The notes under the pieces are model-generated. The model saw nothing but the letters and a program-made list of their open reading frames with translations, had not been told where the DNA came from and searched no databases. The position numbers and the translations under genes are program-made. A DNA stretch of 64,000 bases, taken from IMG/VR virus record IMGVR_UViG_3300033141_001941, positions 1-64,000 of that record. One strand, written 5' to 3'. Positions within the stretch are counted from its first letter, which is position 1. Every line of letters starts with the position of its first letter. The DNA is from a virus. Below are positions 43,535 through 52,123 of this stretch, one piece after another.

Positions 43535-45085
43535 TCACTTTACAAACTCTTCCTCACCAGCTCCAACAAAGCCAGCGGCAATCGCTCCAGCTCCACCCAC
43601 ACCTTCTCGTTTATCTTGCTGAAGCATAGCAAGGTAATCATTGAAATCGAACTCATCACTCACTATACCACGTCGCACAAACTCCTCGAATAAAATCTGT
43701 CGTGGTAGAGCACCAGCGTCGTAAGCATCCACAAGAACCTTGGAGTCCATATCCTTCAGCCAACTAGCAAAATCTGTATTTACAGTCACAGACCCAGCTT
43801 GAGGCTCCTCATCATCAGATATGTATTTTGCTGTTGTCTTCAAGCAGCTATTCAAAAAGTCTTGAAATGACAGCGCCCATCCCCGCAACGCGCTGTCGTT
43901 TTCGCTCTTACTAATGGCCCGCTCAGTAGCTACCACAGTCCCGCTCTTCGGCATCATGTATGTAAGGCCAAACATAGCCATTTGATTTTCAAGATCCTTT
44001 AAATCCTGCCTACCAGCATCGACTCCTTTTCCACTGTGCTCCACTACCTTCAGATCACCATCTGGACTCTCAGACTTTATGAGCTGATTGTATCCAATCA
44101 CAATGTCTTCATCTTCCTCAACACCAAGCATCTTACCAAAGTAGGTAATCAGCCGAGCATAATGAAGTATATTACGCTGGTCGCTACTCGATTGCCAGTG
44201 CGCCAGATTAAGATCAGCCAACCCCATAAGCGGCGGCGTAGCAGTCATCTCAGACATCTTCTCACCAGTCATGAAGACATGAAACGGTATAAAGTCTAAA
44301 GATGTCTCTCCCTCCTTTTCCAAGATCCACTCCACCTCACCGTCGTCGTTTATGATCTTCCGATACAGCGCAAACCTTCCGGGTTCGAGAACACGGATGC
44401 GCTCCACAGTTCTGCTGCCGAACCGTCCTACTTCTTCTTTTCCGGTTTCGAGAATCCTAAGCTGAACAAGAACAGAACGCCCGTTTACTTTGCGTGTTCT
44501 CCAACCAATCACGTCTTTACTGCGTACAAGAGTCCAATACGGTCTCCAGCCCTTTTTCTTGTCTACAGCTTTCGTATACGGCAGCCAGACGGGCGGCGGC
44601 TTCACAACGTTGGGAGGCAAATCAGAATAATCTTCAAGATACTGCTTAGCTCCGTTGTCAGTTACCCTAATCCGCACCTCCGGATAATCAACGAGCACAC
44701 CAGACACCCCTTCAGCTAAAGCGTAGTAAAAGACGTCTTGCCCAAAACGGGTGATGTCTCTACCCTCCAGATCAATGTCTGTCTCACACCACTCTTTTAT
44801 GTCGTTGGGAGTATCATCGCTTAACGTAATGCTGCGACTAAAGACTTCTCCAACCAGCTTTTGCACAGTGCGCTTATAAGCGCCAAGTAAAAATGATCTC
44901 TTTAACCGCGCCTTATACGCAGACGTAGTTTCAGCGTCTTCTTTCGGGAGAAATCTCTCAGCAGCATCACGCATTGCTCTTGTACCACCGAGCAAAGCAA
45001 GCGGTAGATCAAGCACATCCATGTACTCGTTATACTCGTCTAATGGTACTTCAACCTTGTCAGCGGGATCTACATTATCAGCCAT
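43535..45085 (-). CDS. Portal protein (probable)
   Basis: 516 aa with GGAGG SD. It is the first large gene after TerL. No diagnostic motif was recognised, so the call rests on position and size. Confidence 0.6.
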   Translation of the reverse strand: MADNVDPADKVEVPLDEYNEYMDVLDLPLALLGGTRAMRDAAERFLPKEDAETTSAYKARLKRSFLLGAYKRTVQKLVGEVFSRSITLSDDTPNDIKEWCETDIDLEGRDITRFGQDVFYYALAEGVSGVLVDYPEVRIRVTDNGAKQYLEDYSDLPPNVVKPPPVWLPYTKAVDKKKGWRPYWTLVRSKDVIGWRTRKVNGRSVLVQLRILETGKEEVGRFGSRTVERIRVLEPGRFALYRKIINDDGEVEWILEKEGETSLDFIPFHVFMTGEKMSEMTATPPLMGLADLNLAHWQSSSDQRNILHYARLITYFGKMLGVEEDEDIVIGYNQLIKSESPDGDLKVVEHSGKGVDAGRQDLKDLENQMAMFGLTYMMPKSGTVVATERAISKSENDSALRGWALSFQDFLNSCLKTTAKYISDDEEPQAGSVTVNTDFASWLKDMDSKVLVDAYDAGALPRQILFEEFVRRGIVSDEFDFNDYLAMLQQDKREGVGGAGAIAAGFVGAGEEEFVK

Positions 45086-45123
45086 AACACAACCTCCAAT
45101 CCCTCCCGTAAAGTATGTTTACA

Positions 45124-45336
45124 CTATCTATTGCCCTCATACGTCGGCGGTGATATGCGTTCAAGCACAGCACCAGGCAACACTTTCATACACAACCGTA
45201 TAGAAGATGCAGTTAAGCGAATCTCCTTACAACCCATAGCACAATTACCTTTCCTGTTGGGGCAGTTTATCGGCATCCACGGCCCCTCCTTTGTTGGAGA
45301 CTTTTGTATCTGACTCATAATAACTCTCCCAAACAT
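45124..45336 (-). CDS. Small hypothetical protein
   Basis: ATG at 45336 is 7 nt after GGAGG. 70 aa, Cys-containing. Confidence 0.4.
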   Translation of the reverse strand: MFGRVIMSQIQKSPTKEGPWMPINCPNRKGNCAMGCKEIRLTASSIRLCMKVLPGAVLERISPPTYEGNR

Positions 45337-45354
45337 AACCACACCTCCAATCCG

Positions 45355-46914
45355 CTAAACTCCAACACTTTCCGTCTTAAACGACTTCCTCTCCAATCTA
45401 TATCTAGTCTGATCATAATGATGATCTTCAGCGTTTGTATCTACGTCATCCAGCTTCTTCTCATCACGAGGCAATACCGGAACAGTCCTTATCCAATGCC
45501 TGCAAGTACCAAAGACAAACATACCCGGCTCTTCCATAGGATGTTGTAGCGAAGCAGCTAATCTAGAGCGCACAGTCTCCAAACCAGCAACCCTACTACC
45601 AGGAGAAGCATCCCCGCGCAACCAAGCAACACCGCTTCTGCTCATCTTTTCAGCTATCGACTCACCAGTAGACGTATCAAAAATGCTCGGATCAGCCGGT
45701 CCGGGCATTACCTTACCCGGCTGTAAATTTGCTATCGTTAGCTTACTACTCGCACGATAATTCTCTCTGTTACTATACTTAAAACGCTTCCGCCCAATTT
45801 TACCATACGCACTATACAAAGCGACTCTAAAATCCTTCTGCCAACCTAACACATTGGCTGCAATCACACCAGGCAGCTCTCTTGTTCCTTTGTTCGGCTT
45901 TCCACCCCAACCGTACAGCTCCCCAATAAGAAAAAGGGTGCCTTTCGGCACCCACCGTTCGTTACCATCAGCATCCAGAAAGCTTGTACCATCAGAGCAA
46001 GCCCAAAAACCAACAGCATATGGCTTACTCGCTCCCCAGTCAAAACTCCTATCTACTCTCCAGCTTGCAGGAATAGGAAACGGCTTTATTACATGAACAT
46101 CCGGATTCCATACATCAGCAAGAGCACCACCAGCTATAATATCCCAACTCCCTTTCAACCAGGCGTCTCTTAAATTCTTATCATCCTTACACATCGAAAG
46201 AAGCGTATTGACGTAATCCGGATCAGCTCTAAGCAGCGCAGCATTTTCAAGCAAAAACCCTTTTATATGACAACGCTCCTTACCTGTCTCTGGATCTGTA
46301 TAAACTTCTCCATCACCAGCTACATCTATAAAATACGCTTTTACTTCTTGGTGTCCGGGGCCATAGGGGTTTGCTGTTGCTCTATACTTACGCGGAACGT
46401 CAGGATCACTTGAGCGATTGCACGCCTTCATCATATGGTAGACTTCAAGATCATGCCACGTGCATAGCTCTTCCCAACCTATCCACGGATACTCATGCCC
46501 GTGGTAATTCCAATAATCAGAAGTAGAGCGGATGTATCTCAACAACAACTGCTCTCCATCAGGCCACGTCCAGATATGATCACTAGCGTTGTAAGTAGCT
46601 CCAGGAAAGATAGCTTGAAACCATTTCTTTGTCTTCTTAATGACTTCATGCAACTCTGGGAAAGTACGTCTAAAAAGAATACCCTGCCAAGCAGCCCCAT
46701 ACCCCTTTCCACAGTCCTGAGCAAAATCCATAATTAACGCATCTGTCTTGCCCGGTCCACGAGTCCCATGATATAAAACCTCCCACACAGGACATGAGAG
46801 AAACTTCATCTGTGAACCCGGCTGCGGTGCCCATACTACATTAGCAGATGAAGCTTTAGTCGCTTCATCCAATATATCGTCTATATCAAAAAGTGGCTGC
46901 GGTATCTCTAACAT
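45355..46914 (-). CDS. Terminase large subunit
   Basis: 519 aa with Walker A-like YHGTRGPGKTDAL. The size and nuclease-type C-terminal half fit. It abuts the TerS stop (TAGATG). Confidence 0.8.
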   Translation of the reverse strand: MLEIPQPLFDIDDILDEATKASSANVVWAPQPGSQMKFLSCPVWEVLYHGTRGPGKTDALIMDFAQDCGKGYGAAWQGILFRRTFPELHEVIKKTKKWFQAIFPGATYNASDHIWTWPDGEQLLLRYIRSTSDYWNYHGHEYPWIGWEELCTWHDLEVYHMMKACNRSSDPDVPRKYRATANPYGPGHQEVKAYFIDVAGDGEVYTDPETGKERCHIKGFLLENAALLRADPDYVNTLLSMCKDDKNLRDAWLKGSWDIIAGGALADVWNPDVHVIKPFPIPASWRVDRSFDWGASKPYAVGFWACSDGTSFLDADGNERWVPKGTLFLIGELYGWGGKPNKGTRELPGVIAANVLGWQKDFRVALYSAYGKIGRKRFKYSNRENYRASSKLTIANLQPGKVMPGPADPSIFDTSTGESIAEKMSRSGVAWLRGDASPGSRVAGLETVRSRLAASLQHPMEEPGMFVFGTCRHWIRTVPVLPRDEKKLDDVDTNAEDHHYDQTRYRLERKSFKTESVGV

Positions 46915-47781
46915 CTACTCTTTACTCGTCTTCTCAACATCAATAACAGTATCATTTCCAAGCTCTCCAGCTACACCAGATTGTTTATTCATCATGTTAG
47001 ACACGAGCTGATCTTGTTGCTTTACAATCTTCTTCCAAAACTCTACACCATCAGCCATACCCGGTACTTGCATGACTCCAGCAACAGCCATTTGTGCTCT
47101 TACGTTAAGATTATCCTGCCACATAGACAGATATCTTCCATACAGCTCTATTGCTTTAATCTTACTCGCAACCTTAATACTCTTTACTTCGCTGTACCCT
47201 TTGCTCTTCTTACCACCAAGCTTATTTATGTTAACATCTACTCCTTCTATAGCAGCTACAGTGTCGTCATCTAAATTTCTTATGTTGCGAAGTTCTCCAT
47301 TTATGTCGAATAGCTCTCTTGGATCAAATGTAATGATTCTGGCAAGTTGTGTGAGGAGGTCAGATTGGGTGAGTTGTAAGAAGCGAAAGCGCCTTCGTAT
47401 GATATTCTTTAAAGCAGCTTTTACTTTCGGAGTGTTAAGCAATGCTACAGAGCCTTTGTAACCCGCCCTTTTTGCTGCTCTACTTTCGTTGAAGTCCTGG
47501 AGATATTCTATAACAAAACGAGCCTGTCTATCAGTAAGCTCGTCGATATCTTCTAACGCAGGAGACGCGCCAGTAAGCTCATCAATATACCGCTGAACCT
47601 GTGGTAGCTTAAGCAATCTTCTGGCATAATAAGCAGCATATCCGTTCCCTTTATACCCGGCTTTTTTATATGCTTTAAACTCGTCATTATACTTCACATA
47701 CAACCGGCAAAACCGAGCTTGTCTTACAGTAAGCGACCCTTTAGCGTCATATTGATTTTTACCAGATAACCTGCCTCTCAT
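46915..47781 (-). CDS. Terminase small subunit (two Terminase_2-like HTH repeats)
   Basis: RQARFCRLYVKYNDEFKAYKKAGYKG and RQARFVIEYLQDFNESRAAKRAGYKG both match the terminase small-subunit N-terminal motif. Confidence 0.75.
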   Translation of the reverse strand: MRGRLSGKNQYDAKGSLTVRQARFCRLYVKYNDEFKAYKKAGYKGNGYAAYYARRLLKLPQVQRYIDELTGASPALEDIDELTDRQARFVIEYLQDFNESRAAKRAGYKGSVALLNTPKVKAALKNIIRRRFRFLQLTQSDLLTQLARIITFDPRELFDINGELRNIRNLDDDTVAAIEGVDVNINKLGGKKSKGYSEVKSIKVASKIKAIELYGRYLSMWQDNLNVRAQMAVAGVMQVPGMADGVEFWKKIVKQQDQLVSNMMNKQSGVAGELGNDTVIDVEKTSKE

Positions 47782-47856
47782 AAAACCTCACTACTGCAAA
47801 ACCGCTAAACTGCAAAATAACATCCAGACAGCGTAAAACCCAATATTGCACAGCTA

Positions 47857-47885
47857 AGCATATATGAATAAAAATACCAAGTCAA
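47857..47885 (-). promoter_or_regulatory. Sigma70-like promoter (TTGACT - 17 nt - TATGCT) upstream of terS
   Basis: The -35 element is at 47885..47880 and the -10 at 47862..47857, in an AT-rich region. The 5' UTR contains a direct repeat TTTTGCAGT x2. Confidence 0.4.
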
Positions 47886-47913
47886 CAACTTTTTATAAAG
47901 CTTTATAAAAACC

Positions 47914-47942
47914 ATAAAAACAAAACCCGCTCTCGCGGGTTC
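47914..47942 (-). terminator. Rho-independent terminator after the tRNA-like RNAs
   Basis: The minus strand reads AACCCGC-GAGA-GCGGGTT followed by TTGTTTTTAT. Confidence 0.7.
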
Positions 47943-47954
47943 TAAAATACAAAA

Positions 47955-48030
47955 TGGTAGCGGAACCGAGCAGAACAGCACCCGGAGGGCCTACCTACCC
48001 ACGATGCGTTCCGACTTAACCGGTTCCGCT
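47955..48030 (-). ncRNA. 76-nt tRNA-sized structured RNA ending in ACCA (non-canonical, no T-arm)
   Basis: 5' AGCGGAACCG pairs with CGGTTCCGCT (10 bp) and is followed by the single-stranded 3' end ACCA. Internally there is a 3-bp hairpin GTT-AAGTCGG-AAC and a 5-bp stem GCATC/GGTGC. The length is exactly 76 nt. Confidence 0.4.
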
Positions 48031-48047
48031 ATAGTTACTTCCATACA

Positions 48048-48143
48048 GGTGGGAGCCGGAATCGAACCGGCATACGTACCAAAGCAACAGTGATCCGGAA
48101 TCCCATAGCTATGGTGTGTCGCTTTGGCTCCACCAGGCCCACC
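48048..48143 (-). ncRNA. 96-nt tRNA-like RNA with canonical T-arm and acceptor-like stem but a 12-bp central helix instead of D/anticodon arms
   Basis: The T-arm is GCCGG-TTCGATT-CCGGC (48071..48055). GGTGGG pairs with CCCACC at the termini. A 12-bp helix GCCAAAGCGACA / TGTTGCTTTGGT (48128-48117 with 48089-48078) encloses two small hairpins. No cloverleaf could be drawn. Confidence 0.45.
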
Positions 48144-48289
48144 ACACATAAACGAATTACTTCTTGAGAACCCCATATCTCTTAACCTTACTTTTCTTAC
48201 CACTCGCTTTCTTACACGCATCCTCCATCTTACACCAACAGCACCCACTCAACCCCTGCCAGTTACCAAACCCACCAAGAGGTAGCGTC

Positions 48290-48982
48290 TTACACTCCAA
48301 GCTTCCCGTAGCGACGCTCTTCTTTAACGACTTCAACATCAGATGTCTTCCCGGAAGTAGAATCAATAACAGCTACAGTCGTCTTCTTACCGTTATGCGT
48401 AACCTGAAAGATCCTGTCAGCCGCAGCAGCCAAAGCAGCTTCATGCGTGTTAATTATAAGCTGTATACCCAACTTCTCACTAACTTCACGAAGCATCTCG
48501 ACAGCTCTTTCAACTTCTTCACTAGTTCCCGAACCAACAAACTTCATTGGCTCATCAAGATAAAAGAAGTTCTCACTTGGAGGATCTTCCAACGACCAAA
48601 GCACAACTCTTAGAGCAAAAGATATAATATCGAGAATGCCTCCACCCTGATCGTCTTTCGGGATGTATGGCTCCCAATCCCCTTCCTGCACTTTCAGCAC
48701 ACATTGGCTCCTATTATCACGCATAGAGAAGTCAGCTATAAACTTATAATCCCTTTCAAACACAGCAACCAGAGCCATCGTGACCAGCTCTTCTATATAC
48801 GCCTTCACGTTGTCTTGAGTAAGCCGTACAACTTCACTCACAACCCACTTGGCTTTACTTGCTGTATCGCGGGTTTTCGTCTGCTTCTCTATGTCCGACT
48901 CGACAGCAGCTAAACGCTCATCAAGCATCCGCTGCTCAGCTCGCCACTCGACAAGCAACTTATGCCAATCTCTATAACTCAT
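48290..48982 (-). CDS. SbcC/Rad50-like ATPase, C-terminal lobe (signature, Walker B, H-loop)
   Basis: 230 aa with an N-terminal coiled coil. QGGGILDIISFALR is signature-like, FFYLDEPMKFV is Walker B / D-loop, and LIINTHE is the H-loop. Confidence 0.65.
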   Translation of the reverse strand: MSYRDWHKLLVEWRAEQRMLDERLAAVESDIEKQTKTRDTASKAKWVVSEVVRLTQDNVKAYIEELVTMALVAVFERDYKFIADFSMRDNRSQCVLKVQEGDWEPYIPKDDQGGGILDIISFALRVVLWSLEDPPSENFFYLDEPMKFVGSGTSEEVERAVEMLREVSEKLGIQLIINTHEAALAAAADRIFQVTHNGKKTTVAVIDSTSGKTSDVEVVKEERRYGKLGV

Positions 48983-49223
48983 ACTTGCGCTCTATCTCGT
49001 CAGTAACCTTTGCCAACCTACGTTTTGCTTTATCCAAATCCTTCTTTAACTTACTGATACGTGCCTTCAACTCCTGCTTACCCGATATGCCATATTTGCT
49101 CTTCAATTGAGCAAACGTAGACTCCAAAGCACCTTCAGCACGTCCGACGTCAGCCTTTGCCTTATCAACTATCTTACGATATCTAAGGATTTTCTCCTCA
49201 GCACTTTCTTCCCTACGTCTCAT
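48972..49223 (-). CDS. Coiled-coil protein (possible descending Rad50 coiled-coil segment)
   Basis: 83 aa, entirely heptad-like and charged. It overlaps both neighbours. Confidence 0.45.
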   Translation of the reverse strand: MRRREESAEEKILRYRKIVDKAKADVGRAEGALESTFAQLKSKYGISGKQELKARISKLKKDLDKAKRRLAKVTDEIERKYEL

Positions 49224-50179
49224 GACTCCACGAACTCCTCACCAATAACATCTCGTATCATATCAACAACCGGTTTCTCAACTTTGTTACTTTTACAGAA
49301 CGTCACAAGGTTAGAGATAAAGTCGGTCCCAGAATGAAAAGCTCCAGACTTCACAGCACCAATAAACTCCATAAGCCGCTCGTTGCGACTTTCTTGCTCG
49401 TCTATATGCTCTCTACTCAGCACAACATCAGCAGACTCATGCGGAACGTCTACCCACCGCATATGTAAAGTCCCGGAATCAAACTCCCACACACCCGGCT
49501 TATAAGTAAAGTTGTAACGCTCAGCCGTCTTTCTTATCAAACAACCAGCGTTGACTATATATCTACTCTTACCAGTAGGAGCTTTATACACAAACCGCCG
49601 GTGACAGTCACCACAAGCAATCACGTCAAACCCAATATTCTTATTAAGAAACTCCGGGGCGTATATAGCACCAGTCTGTCCAGACCACAACTTCTTCGGC
49701 ACAATCATATCGTGTATAGCTAACACATGCACTATCGCACTATCGCACATCTTACGCTGAGTCGCAGCAGAAACACCCAACTCATCTCCGTAGCTAACAC
49801 CCCACAAACACACATCCCCAGAAACACGAACCGGCCTATCAGAATACAACGGCTCCACAAGCCCGGTCTGTATAAAATTGCCTAATACTGTAGCGGACCT
49901 ACTCTCCACATTGTAAAAGCGGGTGTCATGCTGCCCGTAAACAGCAAAAATCCTCACCTTACCGCGGTATTTCTCAAAGACAGGAGTCCATGCAGCCAAC
50001 AACCGCCAGCTTCTTGACTTATCTGTCACATCGCCAGCAATAACAATTATTGCCCCGTTATCGGCTGCATATTCCATAATCCACTCCACTTTCCGCACCA
50101 ATGTAGCGTATGCGTCATCCTTACGACACCGTGGAGTATCAACCAAAAGATGCCAATCATTCGTAAACAGTATCTTCAC
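49220..50179 (-). CDS. sbcD: SbcD/Mre11-like metallophosphoesterase nuclease
   Basis: The motifs are FTNDWHL (DxH), IAGDVTD (GD), YGQHD (GNHD-like), LAIHD and ACGDCH. Confidence 0.75.
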   Translation of the reverse strand: MKILFTNDWHLLVDTPRCRKDDAYATLVRKVEWIMEYAADNGAIIVIAGDVTDKSRSWRLLAAWTPVFEKYRGKVRIFAVYGQHDTRFYNVESRSATVLGNFIQTGLVEPLYSDRPVRVSGDVCLWGVSYGDELGVSAATQRKMCDSAIVHVLAIHDMIVPKKLWSGQTGAIYAPEFLNKNIGFDVIACGDCHRRFVYKAPTGKSRYIVNAGCLIRKTAERYNFTYKPGVWEFDSGTLHMRWVDVPHESADVVLSREHIDEQESRNERLMEFIGAVKSGAFHSGTDFISNLVTFCKSNKVEKPVVDMIRDVIGEEFVES

Positions 50180-51165
50180 AACTGCTCCACAACCCTATCA
50201 ATAGCATCGTCGTCAAGCTCAGAGAAACAAAATGGACACACTCGCAGCTCCCGCATGAGATCGGCAAGCGCGTCACGACAACCACGTAACGTTACTTTGT
50301 GCCTATCAAGATCACGCACCCGCCTATCAAGCATATCCCACTCAGCAACTAAGTCATCTAGTTCTTGTCTTATGGAATCGACTTCATCCAAAATCTTCTC
50401 AGCATCCTCAAGCTCCCGCTCCACAGCCAGCAAATCACGGGCGCTATCCAACGCCTCCAACGCCTCATCAACAGAATCCGCTAACCAGAGAATCTCATCC
50501 AACTCACTCTCTGTTCTATCAACACGCAACTCAAGACGCTTCAATATCTCCAAATCACGTTCAAAATCGTCGAGGTGACTATACCCTGCCAACTGCTCTT
50601 CAATGCGTGCTTTGGCCTTAACCAAAGAGTCAAGCTCTCTACCGGCAGCCAGAGCGATTCTATTCAACTGCTTCAACCAGACGTCCGTATTATCCAGCCG
50701 TGTAGCTCTATTTATCGTACTCGCTACCTCAGACGGAGATGCAGTAATAAGAAACGGTGAATCAAGCTGCCGCTGTATGTTTATGTCCGGATTGATATTT
50801 AACGCATTGGCTACAGCTTCAGGGACAGACTTACCAAACCCGCTAAAATTTGAATCGCCTACGGAGTAGACCGCTTTAGTGGAAGGAGATTTACGCACTT
50901 GCACATACAGCGCGTTCCCTGCAGCAGTGGCAAGGTGGGGGTTGCTTTTTCGGAGTGCAGCCGTGACCTCCGTAGGCGAATCATCAGCAAAATGACTTCT
51001 GAATCTAAGACCACTCGGTCTATTAGTAACCAACCACAACAGCGCCCGCAACAGCGCCGTTTTGCCAGCTTGGCTTCTCCCCAGAATAATGTTTATCCCA
51101 GAGGTAAACTCCAGCTTCGTATTTTCATGCGACTGAAAGTTTTTTACAGATAATGACTCAATCAT
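50176..51165 (-). CDS. SbcC/Rad50-like ATPase, N-terminal lobe plus coiled coil ending in a CxxC zinc hook
   Basis: MIESLSVKNFQSHENTKLEF...GRSQAGKT (Walker A). A long coiled coil follows. CPFC at residues 310-313 (nt 50227-50238) lies 16 aa before the stop. Confidence 0.7.
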   Translation of the reverse strand: MIESLSVKNFQSHENTKLEFTSGINIILGRSQAGKTALLRALLWLVTNRPSGLRFRSHFADDSPTEVTAALRKSNPHLATAAGNALYVQVRKSPSTKAVYSVGDSNFSGFGKSVPEAVANALNINPDINIQRQLDSPFLITASPSEVASTINRATRLDNTDVWLKQLNRIALAAGRELDSLVKAKARIEEQLAGYSHLDDFERDLEILKRLELRVDRTESELDEILWLADSVDEALEALDSARDLLAVERELEDAEKILDEVDSIRQELDDLVAEWDMLDRRVRDLDRHKVTLRGCRDALADLMRELRVCPFCFSELDDDAIDRVVEQL

Positions 51166-51329
51166 TAGTCCTCAAACCAGTGCTTATCCCAATCAGTTCT
51201 CCACCTAAACTCTTCATCAGCAGCCGTAGCAATATAATCGTCTTCGCAGTTCTTGGCAAGCCAGAGCAAATGCCCAGAAGGCAAATCCTCAATGTCCCTT
51301 CCTTTATACTTACCCCATGGCATCTTCAT
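51165..51329 (-). CDS. DUF3820-like small protein
   Basis: MKMPWGKYKGRDIEDLPSGHLLWL matches the DUF3820 motif (GKYKG...LP..YL.WL). The likely start is at 51329. Confidence 0.55.
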   Translation of the reverse strand: MKMPWGKYKGRDIEDLPSGHLLWLAKNCEDDYIATAADEEFRWRTDWDKHWFED

Positions 51330-51336
51330 CACGTCC

Positions 51337-51876
51337 TCACACCGTCCAATCATGGAGCAGCGCCACATTTCTATAAGCAAACCAATTAAGAAAATCGCTC
51401 AACAAACAGATAATCCACCCATCCCATAGTAAAGAAAGAAACCGTGGCGCTCCAACAAAAGCAGTCATATCACTAAACTCAGACGACCTCAGCATTATAT
51501 AATCAGGAGTTCTAGCCGCCTTAAATATTATGAGCGGTTTCTTACCAATACTACTTGCCTTTTCAGCAGCATCAGCAGCCCATTCCGGCAACAGCGCCGT
51601 CTTTAGCCCCGGTTGAAGAAGATGCTTAAAACTGACTTTCCCGTAGTTCTTGCATTCAAAATAATATCTATCCGACACAACCTGTGCATCAGCAGTTATC
51701 CCAACTATATCTCCTGCCTCTAACTCAACGCCAGCCGACCGCGTGTGTCTACTACCACTCCCAGAGGTACGCCGAAACACAGCAGGTTTACGCGAGCCCG
51801 TAACCCACTCAGACAAAACGCGACAAATCTCATTCTCGTACCTGCCGCCCTTTCGCTTCCCGTATCCCTTACGCAT
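51337..51876 (-). CDS. Hjc-like PD-(D/E)XK Holliday-junction resolvase/nuclease
   Basis: The likely start is MRKGYGKRKGGRYENEICRVL. ...RTSGSGS...AGDIVG...YYFECKNYG gives the KG..E / D / E-x-K arrangement. Confidence 0.55.
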   Translation of the reverse strand: MRKGYGKRKGGRYENEICRVLSEWVTGSRKPAVFRRTSGSGSRHTRSAGVELEAGDIVGITADAQVVSDRYYFECKNYGKVSFKHLLQPGLKTALLPEWAADAAEKASSIGKKPLIIFKAARTPDYIMLRSSEFSDMTAFVGAPRFLSLLWDGWIICLLSDFLNWFAYRNVALLHDWTV

Positions 51877-52123
51877 CACCAACAGCCTTTCTACAAAGAG
51901 CCAATTCCTCTTCACACACTTCCCGCAACCTTTTAGGGTCCAGACCATCCCAATTCTTTCTCAAAGGCATTACCTTCAAATACATCTCAACCAATTCTTC
52001 ATGAGTCATAGCATTTTGTCTATACCTCATGGCATGAGATCCAAGCCGCCGAATAAACGCCTCTTCGGAAGCCATAGACCACCCATACACTACACCGCGC
52101 TTTGCTCTAAGAAACTTCTCCAT
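51869..52123 (-). CDS. Small hypothetical protein
   Basis: 84-aa ORF. Confidence 0.45.
   Translation of the reverse strand: MEKFLRAKRGVVYGWSMASEEAFIRRLGSHAMRYRQNAMTHEELVEMYLKVMPLRKNWDGLDPKRLREVCEEELALCRKAVGDA

Noticed and set aside
48040-48075. attP core (a copy of the 3' half of a host tRNA), implying a temperate phage
   Set aside because: This is possible in principle. However, no integrase or repressor gene is present anywhere in the window, and the surrounding sequence forms extended helices of its own. I keep it only as an alternative within the ncRNA finding.
48048-48143. Canonical tRNA gene (possibly type II or Sec, given the 96-nt length)
   Set aside because: The T-arm and terminal stem are tRNA-like, but I could not form a D-arm plus a 5-bp/7-nt anticodon arm in any register. 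There is no U8, and the 7-66 pair is mismatched. I therefore report it as a tRNA-like ncRNA rather than a tRNA. tRNAscan-SE should be run.
47991-48248. 85-aa minus-strand ORF (MGAVGVRWRMRVRKRV...) from the track
   Set aside because: It is extremely basic and low-complexity and has no SD. It is superimposed on the structured RNA and octamer repeats, so it is probably not coding.
47950-48298. tmRNA
   Set aside because: The locus is far shorter than a tmRNA. There is no plausible resume codon or tag reading frame ending in hydrophobic residues, and no pseudoknot series. The 3' end after the T-arm lacks CCA.
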